DNA of 28,097 nt from a virus: IMG/VR virus record IMGVR_UViG_3300024517_000007, one strand, 5' to 3'. Position numbers and translations under genes: made by a program. The notes under the pieces were generated by a model, which worked only from the letters and a program-made list of their open reading frames with translations, had not been told where the DNA came from and did no database searches. Shown here one piece after another: positions 18,334 through 23,824 of this stretch. The stretch's first letter is position 1. Each line of letters begins with the position of its first letter.

Positions 18334-18471
18334 ATGCCGTTGAAGGAAGGCCACTCGAAGCAGACCATCAAGTACAATGTCAAGAAGCTCGTGCAGGAGG
18401 GCAAGCCGCAGCGTCAGGCTGTCGCGATCGCCCTCAAGAAGGCGGGCAAAAGCAAGCGAGGTAAGAAGTGA
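18334..18471 (+). CDS. Small basic protein (45 aa)
   Basis: ATG 18334 lies 6 nt after AAGGAGG. The sequence ...[22 protein letters not shown] resembles small basic bacterial proteins with a ...RKQAIAIALSEARK... core. That family is recalled from memory and I cannot verify its identifier. Confidence 0.45.
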   Translation: MPLKEGHSKQTIKYNVKKLVQEGKPQRQAVAIALKKAGKSKRGKK

Positions 18472-18671
18472 TAGACCCAGACCACCGTGAGCGCATGGAG
18501 CGCAAATCATCCCGCCCTTCTAGCCAGCCGATAAAAATCCCAGTTGGGGATATACTCAGGCTCGTGGGCAAAATAATAAGGTATTCCAAGGGTGGGTTCA
18601 CGCCCGAGGAGCGTCGTGACCTCGTGGGTGACCTTCTGGAGCTTGCTGCCCGTATAGCTGAGAGTGGCTGA
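18468..18671 (+). CDS. Hypothetical protein (67 aa)
   Basis: GTG 18468 overlaps the upstream stop (GTGA). Its own stop overlaps the endolysin ATG (TGATG). Confidence 0.4.
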   Translation: MIDPDHRERMERKSSRPSSQPIKIPVGDILRLVGKIIRYSKGGFTPEERRDLVGDLLELAARIAESG

Positions 18672-19147
18672 TGACATACACCATCCAGAGGCGCTTCGAC
18701 GGCAGACTGTCCATATTCTTCAAGCTCAGTGAATTAACCCGCACGAGCACCGGGCTCCCCAATGAGCCCACATCAGCGGCCAAAACCAATCTGCTGATTC
18801 TGACCCAACACTTCCTGGACCCTATCCGTGGAGCGGTGGGAGGCTGGGTGCGTGTGACCTCAGGTTATAGGAGCCCCGCAGTCAATAAGGCAGTGGGTGG
18901 GTCCAAGACTTCTGCGCACATGACCGGTGAGGCTGCGGATATCAAGGCCAAGGACCACACAGCTTCTGAGCTTGTGGCACTCATATTTGGCCTGGACCTC
19001 CCATTCGACCAGTTGATTGCCTACGCGCCCGAGCGTGGTGGTCACGTCCACATTGGTATCAAGGCTGGAGCTTCTGGCAGGGCACGCAGGCAGGTTCTGT
19101 GGGCACCCAAGTCTGGTGGCTACGAGCCGTTCACCGTCGGGCACTGA
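18671..19147 (+). CDS. Endolysin, zinc peptidase M15 family (VanY / L-alanyl-D-glutamate peptidase type)
   Basis: The motifs SGYRSPAVNKAVGGSKTSAHMTGEAADI (H-x6-D) and GGHVHIG (H-x-H) match the M15 metal-binding signature. It is the terminal gene of the rightward arm. Confidence 0.8.
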   Translation: MTYTIQRRFDGRLSIFFKLSELTRTSTGLPNEPTSAAKTNLLILTQHFLDPIRGAVGGWVRVTSGYRSPAVNKAVGGSKTSAHMTGEAADIKAKDHTASELVALIFGLDLPFDQLIAYAPERGGHVHIGIKAGASGRARRQVLWAPKSGGYEPFTVGH

Positions 19148-19243
19148 ATCCAAGTGCCCAAGGGAGGCCCTTCCTTTGGCTTCCCTTGGCTCTTAGGGTG
19201 TTGGTAGCACCTGACATAGGCCCACGAATCCAAGATACAAGAA

Positions 19244-19281
19244 GACCCCCAAGGAAGCTCTCTCTGGCTCACTTGGGGGTC
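19244..19281. terminator. Hairpin between the convergent arms (GACCCCCAAG-N18-CTTGGGGGTC), candidate bidirectional terminator
   Basis: A 10-bp perfect stem (19244-19253 / 19272-19281) lies between the endolysin stop (19147) and the stop of the leftward 87-aa gene (19298). A T-rich run follows on the + strand (ggatatttatttg). A second stem, CCAAGGGA...TCCCTTGG, lies at about 19158-19190. Confidence 0.55.
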
Positions 19282-19297
19282 CTTCGTAGAAGGATAT

Positions 19298-19561
19298 TTA
19301 TTTGAGCGAAGTGATTACCACAACCTCGCCTTCTGGGATTGCATCCGAGGCGTACACACATACCCCGGCTGTGGAATCCGGGACAGTGGGCTTATACTCC
19401 ACCAAGAACAACTGCTTGGCAGTGCTCTTGTTGTTCTCCACAATGTCCCGCAGGATTATGATGGTCCGCGCCATATAGTGAACGAGATCGGCCATCTTCG
19501 GGTCTTGGGGATCTGAGTCCAAGACTTCTTGGGCCTCCTCACGGGTGAACAGGTCAGTCAT
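19298..19561 (-). CDS. Hypothetical protein (87 aa)
   Basis: ATG is preceded by GGGAG at 7 nt and overlaps the upstream small ORF stop (ATGACTGA). It is the last gene of the leftward arm. Confidence 0.5.
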   Translation of the reverse strand: MTDLFTREEAQEVLDSDPQDPKMADLVHYMARTIIILRDIVENNKSTAKQLFLVEYKPTVPDSTAGVCVYASDAIPEGEVVVITSLK

Positions 19562-19670
19562 TATCGGCTCCCATCCTGGCGAGTTCCCTAAGCATCGTGG
19601 TCATCACGAGTGGCACCCCCACGAGAATGACCACGGCTGTTATCACGAGTTGGACGGTCGGGGGAAGCAT
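19554..19670 (-). CDS. Small membrane protein (38 aa from ATG 19670; alternative in-frame starts at 19712 and 19769)
   Basis: On the minus strand, AGGAGttcacATG precedes MLPPTVQLVITAVVILVGVPLVMTTML..., which contains one hydrophobic span. The SD+ATG is duplicated by the 42-bp tandem repeat. ATG 19769 (71 aa) has no SD. Confidence 0.4.
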   Translation of the reverse strand: MLPPTVQLVITAVVILVGVPLVMTTMLRELARMGADND

Positions 19671-19729
19671 GTGAACTCCTGTTGTAGCGAGTTGAACGGT
19701 CGGGGGAAGCATGTGAACTCCTGTTGTCG
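19646..19729. repeat. Two tandem copies of a 42-bp unit (2 mismatches), plus a partial third copy upstream in + coordinates
   Basis: Read directly. Copy 1 (19646-19687) is cgagttgGacggtcgggggaagcatgtgaactcctgttgtAg. Copy 2 (19688-19729) is cgagttgAacggtcgggggaagcatgtgaactcctgttgtCg. Confidence 0.9.
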
Positions 19730-19836
19730 CGAAGCAGGTCCATGGGGTCACTGGGAAGGGGCTGGTCATCGGGGAGGGAGAGGGCCTTGGCGAGAAGCAG
19801 AAGGCCAGAGAGGTTTGTCTTCATTGGTGTGGTCCC

Positions 19837-20313
19837 TTACTTGGCGAACATTTCGAAGATGAATTCGTGGTCTGAGTACTGCGACGCCGAGTCCTCAGTG
19901 GTTGCGGTTTTGGCTTGGTGGACGTGGTACGTGGGGTCTGGGTTCTGATAGCCCTCGGTGGCCTCAAGGACTGACTCAATTTTGATGGCGAGTCTTGCTA
20001 GGATATCCCTATGGGCAGGCGATACAGTGAACCTGCCTCCAGTCTTATAATTGCGCCTGGGCTCACCGAACACCGATATTCTGCCCGAGGCGCGGTCACA
20101 GGATATTGTTATCTGGCCCGCGTGTATTCCGCGTCCACCACGGTCGTCAGTGTGGGCATTGACACGCCAAGCCGTGGTTCCAGCGGGATAAAGTTCACTG
20201 AACACCGGACCGACAACCACGTTGGTGTTCTTGACCTTACGGCCCTTGAAGCTTCCCTCTATCGTGGCGTAGACCACATCGAGAACAGTTGAGGGGGCGG
20301 TTGACTTGTCCAT
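19837..20313 (-). CDS. Hypothetical early protein (158 aa); weak resemblance to ssDNA-binding proteins (acidic/aromatic C-terminal tail)
   Basis: SD (AAGGAGcctaaaATG). The C-terminus is ...TTEDSASQYSDHEFIFEMFAK. No diagnostic motif was recognised. Confidence 0.45.
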   Translation of the reverse strand: MDKSTAPSTVLDVVYATIEGSFKGRKVKNTNVVVGPVFSELYPAGTTAWRVNAHTDDRGGRGIHAGQITISCDRASGRISVFGEPRRNYKTGGRFTVSPAHRDILARLAIKIESVLEATEGYQNPDPTYHVHQAKTATTEDSASQYSDHEFIFEMFAK

Positions 20314-20332
20314 TTTAGGCTCCTTCGTTTAA

Positions 20333-20365
20333 TGTAGGAGGAGCGTTGATTCACTGCCTCCTACA
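20333..20365 (-). promoter_or_regulatory. Intercistronic stem-loop (TGTAGGAGG-N15-CCTCCTACA)
   Basis: A 9-bp perfect stem lies in the 96-nt gap between the 154-aa and 158-aa leftward genes. It is a candidate RNA processing site, attenuator or terminator. Confidence 0.4.
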
Positions 20366-20409
20366 CTAAACGTGGGCCTATAGGCTCCCAACCGAATACG
20401 AATTTCTGA

Positions 20410-20874
20410 TTAGGGTTGCTCGTAGTTATCCCACCAGTGACCAGTCCACTCTTCGAGTGCAATTATTAGTTTGGCGGTTGCCAGGATCATCTGTGGGTTA
20501 TCGGGGAGTCTATCAATGCCTATAGACCATCGCCTTGCCGTCAAGCAGAAGAAGTGACCCTTGCCAGACATTGCCGAGTCGAATGAGAACGGACCCGGTA
20601 CAGGTGGATTAATGGTCCTGGCAATTCGTCTGAGGACTTCATCCTTGAAGTACACTCTATAGGTACTTCCTTTATGCCAGTAACGCCCGCCTTGTTCTAT
20701 CAGCATCGCAAGGAGATTATGGGTTTTAACCCAAGTATGGCCGTTATCGTCCAGTTCTACTCTTTGGAAGTCACCAAGCCCTGACCTCCAGCCTTCTTCA
20801 TTGTAATCTATATCTATCTCGGTCAATTTATCCCAGAAGTATCCCACTTTATCCTCGCTCAGCTTCCTGTTCAT
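20410..20874 (-). CDS. Hypothetical early protein (154 aa; 160 aa if ATG 20892 is used)
   Basis: ATG 20874 lies 6 nt after GGGAG and 1 nt after the upstream stop (TAAtATG). The product is Trp-rich and the segment has low G+C. Confidence 0.5.
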   Translation of the reverse strand: MNRKLSEDKVGYFWDKLTEIDIDYNEEGWRSGLGDFQRVELDDNGHTWVKTHNLLAMLIEQGGRYWHKGSTYRVYFKDEVLRRIARTINPPVPGPFSFDSAMSGKGHFFCLTARRWSIGIDRLPDNPQMILATAKLIIALEEWTGHWWDNYEQP

Positions 20875-20875
20875 A

Positions 20876-22882
20876 TTAGACTCCCTGCTCATCGAGCAAT
20901 TCTTCGAGTGTTTTGATGCTTATGCCGTCGTTGTCCCCAGACTGAACGGTGGGGGCCTTGGTTCCTTTGCGGTGTCCTACGGAGGCAGGATTCACACGCC
21001 CACTTGTCACGGCTTCGTCCATAGCCTTGGTGGTGTTCACCCCTTCCAGGTGCAGCCTGCCTGGACGACACTTATCGAACACGCCTCCCGCTGTGGTGTC
21101 ATGTTCCGTTATGGGCTGCTGAACAATGTCAGACACCTCCTCATAGAAGCCACTCATGTTGTATCCCACAGTCGCCTTGAAGTCTGTAACCCCGTCCTTC
21201 TTACGCTGGGTCTCTTTGGCCTCTTTGGACATTTTGGATGAGGATCCACGCCCAGTTATGGACCTGCGGAGTGAGTTCACGTACTTCACGGACTTCCGGT
21301 CGCCGTACAGTATATCTCCACGGAGTTGTGCGTTATCCATGGCGTACACGTCGGTGAAGACCTTGTCTACGGATGACGGGATGCTCTCAGGTGAATGGAA
21401 CATGGCCCCGAGGTCTGAATAATCAGTGGGGGAGAACGCGGGATTTTTGGATACGCAGGTGGGGGTGTGCCTGCCCCCGTGATCCGAGTGGTGGGCGAAT
21501 ATATATATTATGCCTTCTTGGCCCCTTATGGCTATCCACCTATTGTTCATTACACCTCGGGTCTCCTCTTCTTTAAAGAGACCCGAGGTGTAATGCGAGT
21601 TGACACACTTCCTCGACCAATTCTTCAGGGAATTCGCCACAGTTTTATCAGACAGCACAGAATGTGAGGCACGGAAGGAAGCCACTGAGTATCCAGCGTC
21701 CATCCACTTGGATACCTGAACCTCTATGGCAGAAGCCATGGAACCAAGAACGAAGGGCCTACAGTCATCACATGAAGCCATCCAGCAGGTCAGGTGGGTG
21801 TGATTGGAATGACCAGCACCACCGTGGGACCAAGTAGTTACCAGATGGGGTGCCCTGTTACACCTGACATTGAACGCTCTCCCACGGGCAGCATGTACGG
21901 CATCAGCCAACTGCTGCTCCACATCCTTATCACTGTCGGGGTCAATATCGAGCCCCAGCCCACCAAGGAGGTGGGCAAACTTATCGATCTTGAAGTTTGC
22001 CCTGACTTCCTTCTCTGCGTGTCCTTCTATACGCCTCTTGTATTTATCCCAATGTTCATCCTCGTCATTGGACACGTCACCCTTAGGCTTCCGAGCCACG
22101 GCATTGGAATCAATGTCTTCCAGCACCTCAACGAGTTCCTTGCTGATAAACAGGCTCTTCCACGTGGCAACACTTATGTGCGTGATGCCTTCTATCGCGT
22201 TGGGGAGCGACTCATTGTCTATATCGAATCCGAACTCCTTGTACCTCCAATGCTCACTGGTGCTGAACTTGAACCCAGCGTCTATGCGTATGCTATCGGA
22301 TTTGAATACAAGTTCACCGGGGCGCTTATCGCTGGACCCGACAGGCTTGCGGAATACAACGTAGTTTTTAGCGCTCTTGCTGTTATAGGCTATGACCGAT
22401 GGGCTCATCTTCTGAGAGCGCATCCAGTCGTTGACTTCTTGCAAATCAGAACGAGTTTTAGCGTCGAACTCTATCGCCAAAAACTTCTCGTGGGACACTA
22501 TGTTTGAGTCTTCGACCCTGACTACATAGCTCCAATAAGTCTTGCCGCTCTTATTGACCTTCTCCTTAGCCCCAGGGTGATGGTGGGAATCGCCATAACA
22601 TCCGAAGTGGAACAGGTCCCCACTGACCTTATAGAACACCCCCTTGCCCTTGGGGGCATAACCGTTGTTGCTGAATGGACAACCGGCCTTTAGGTTGTTC
22701 CAACCATCGGGGTTCTTGACACAATAGGTGTCAGGATCAGCAACTATGTCTTCAACGGAGGTGGGGTTCAGTTCGCCCATAGCGCGCCCACCGAGGCGTC
22801 CTATGAGGCTGTATCTACTGAGCCCGAATCTGTTTATCTCTGAATCATTGACGTCAACAACAGGGCGTGATACACTGTCCAT
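20876..22882 (-). CDS. Large Cys/His-rich early protein (668 aa), putative replication initiator (possible HUH-type nickase and/or primase-like zinc-finger remnant)
   Basis: It is the first gene of the leftward arm, with SD GGAG 6 nt before the ATG. CPFSNNGYAPKGKGVFYKVSGDLFHFGCYGDSHHH resembles a degenerate DnaG CHC2 finger (CPFHNEKTPSFTV...FYHCFGCGAHG). The histidine cluster SHGGAGHSNHTHLTCW is of the H-x-H / three-His type seen in Rep and relaxase proteins. There is also a GFDIDNE (DxD) motif. I saw no Walker A motif and no polymerase motifs. The functional call is inference. Confidence 0.35.
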   Translation of the reverse strand: MDSVSRPVVDVNDSEINRFGLSRYSLIGRLGGRAMGELNPTSVEDIVADPDTYCVKNPDGWNNLKAGCPFSNNGYAPKGKGVFYKVSGDLFHFGCYGDSHHHPGAKEKVNKSGKTYWSYVVRVEDSNIVSHEKFLAIEFDAKTRSDLQEVNDWMRSQKMSPSVIAYNSKSAKNYVVFRKPVGSSDKRPGELVFKSDSIRIDAGFKFSTSEHWRYKEFGFDIDNESLPNAIEGITHISVATWKSLFISKELVEVLEDIDSNAVARKPKGDVSNDEDEHWDKYKRRIEGHAEKEVRANFKIDKFAHLLGGLGLDIDPDSDKDVEQQLADAVHAARGRAFNVRCNRAPHLVTTWSHGGAGHSNHTHLTCWMASCDDCRPFVLGSMASAIEVQVSKWMDAGYSVASFRASHSVLSDKTVANSLKNWSRKCVNSHYTSGLFKEEETRGVMNNRWIAIRGQEGIIYIFAHHSDHGGRHTPTCVSKNPAFSPTDYSDLGAMFHSPESIPSSVDKVFTDVYAMDNAQLRGDILYGDRKSVKYVNSLRRSITGRGSSSKMSKEAKETQRKKDGVTDFKATVGYNMSGFYEEVSDIVQQPITEHDTTAGGVFDKCRPGRLHLEGVNTTKAMDEAVTSGRVNPASVGHRKGTKAPTVQSGDNDGISIKTLEELLDEQGV
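21551..21607. repeat. Hairpin element copy A (TACACCTCGGGTCTC-N12-GAGACCCGAGGTGTA, then atgcgagTTGACACA), inside the 668-aa CDS
   Basis: Read directly. The arms at 21551-21565 and 21578-21592 are perfectly complementary and identical to those of copy B at 27628-27671. The 3' flank GAGTTGACACA is shared. The 42-nt hairpin equals 14 codons and is translated as ...YTSGLFKEEETRGV... Confidence 0.9.
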
Positions 22883-22951
22883 ATCGGACTCCAGTTAGGT
22901 GGTGGTTCGATCATAAACCCCGGTGTTGGTAGCACGCGGGGTTCACTCATA

Positions 22952-22981
22952 TTTATAACACGATAGGACACCTAACGTCAA
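22952..22981 (-). promoter_or_regulatory. Sigma70-like early promoter for the leftward arm (TTGACG-N18-TATAAA with TGn extension)
   Basis: The minus strand reads TTGACG (22981-22976), ttaggtgtcctatcgTGt, then TATAAA (22957-22952). Downstream lie a 7-bp leader hairpin (22916-22922 / 22937-22943) and the motif CCACCACCTAACTGGAGTCC (22905-22886) ending 3 nt before the ATG at 22882. Confidence 0.6.
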
Positions 22982-22998
22982 CTGTGTGAGCTGACACA
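22981..22998. promoter_or_regulatory. Operator-like palindrome ACTGTGTGAGCTGACACA (core TGTGT-gAGCTg-ACACA)
   Basis: It is nearly identical to 27671-27688 (ACTGTGTGAGTTGACACA) and lies directly upstream of the -35 of the leftward promoter. Further TGACAC/ACACAG half-site-like sequences occur at 23011-23026. Confidence 0.5.
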
Positions 22999-23056
22999 TA
23001 TCCCAAGGATTGACACCACAACACAGCAGCTTATGTGGCGCATCACACACCGGGCG

Positions 23057-23100
23057 TGGTATAATGTATTGACAAATAGGACCACCCCCTTATGGAGTCC
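23057..23100 (+). promoter_or_regulatory. Extended -10 promoter P2 (TGgTATAAT), followed by leader motif CCACCCCCTTATGGAGTCC
   Basis: TGgTATAAT lies at 23057-23065 and has no convincing -35. The motif at 23082-23100 contains the GGAG that serves as SD for ATG 23106. The architecture and spacing match P1 at 1069-1113. Confidence 0.55.
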
Positions 23101-23105
23101 ATCGG

Positions 23106-23594
23106 ATGCTTTGCCCCCATTGTGATGGGCCTACTAAGGTCGTTCTAACGGTCCCGGCCAATAAGCGCACAGATAAGCGCCATTATAGGAACCGGAAGTG
23201 CAAAGCTTGTGGCAAGGGGCTTGTGACCCTGGAACTTCCAGCCATTGAACTGCGTGAACTCGACCAGAGGGCAGGCAACCGGACACTCACCGATGGTGTG
23301 GGTGCACCACTGCCGACACGTGATAACAATATAGACCTGCTGGACATCGAATCTGAATTGGAGACCCTTCTCCGTCCGTCACTGGATGCCATCAATGAAG
23401 TGCTGACCTCCGACAAGGCTGTCTCCCGGTACAAGGCGGAGACCGCACGTTGGTTGGTCGCAGATAGAAGGGAATACAGGAGGACGCTGGCAGAACAGCA
23501 TGGAGCCCAAGAGTCTGATGATCCCTCAATCAGGGAACTTGCCCGCGTGTTGGCATTGGTCCCGGACCCCATGACCGGGACAGATGGAGAATGA
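23106..23594 (+). CDS. NrdR-type zinc-ribbon protein with a helical C-terminal domain (162 aa); candidate small terminase or DNA-binding regulator
   Basis: MLCPHCDGPTKVVLTV...YRNRKCKACGKGLVTLE follows the NrdR N-terminal ribbon pattern MxCPxC..TKV...RRRxCxxCxxxxTTxE. It is the first gene of the rightward arm, two genes upstream of the large terminase. Confidence 0.5.
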   Translation: MLCPHCDGPTKVVLTVPANKRTDKRHYRNRKCKACGKGLVTLELPAIELRELDQRAGNRTLTDGVGAPLPTRDNNIDLLDIESELETLLRPSLDAINEVLTSDKAVSRYKAETARWLVADRREYRRTLAEQHGAQESDDPSIRELARVLALVPDPMTGTDGE

Positions 23595-23824
23595 TATGCC
23601 CTGCATGCCTTGAAGATACGGCGCTGGTCCTGGAAACGAGGCAACCCTCACATTCCACGTCAAGGGCGGCCACCTGTAGACCCAAGATAAGGGACCTCTC
23701 CATAAACTTCCCGGATATGGTGTACAGGAGGAGAAGGTGTAGGGCCTGTGGGCATGTGACCCAAACTATAGAGGTTCCGCTGGAGGACTTCGATATAGCG
23801 CTCAACATGGTGCCTGCCCAGTGA
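23591..23824 (+). CDS. NrdR-type zinc-ribbon protein (77 aa), paralogous in ribbon motif to the preceding gene
   Basis: MICPACLEDTALVLETR...VYRRRRCRACGHVTQTIEV. It has an ATGA overlap upstream and a GTGA overlap with the terminase start downstream. Confidence 0.5.
   Translation: MICPACLEDTALVLETRQPSHSTSRAATCRPKIRDLSINFPDMVYRRRRCRACGHVTQTIEVPLEDFDIALNMVPAQ

Noticed and set aside
19646-19729. The tandem 42-bp repeats read as a CRISPR array.
   Set aside because: There are only two or so directly abutting copies with no spacers, and no cas genes are present.
19545-19862. The plus-strand 105-aa ORF covering the 42-bp repeats (His/Cys-rich, with a duplicated ELxGRGKHVNSCC).
   Set aside because: It has no SD and runs against the direction of every neighbouring gene. 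Its repeat peptide is simply a by-product of the DNA duplication. The minus-strand SD+ATG reading is more coherent.
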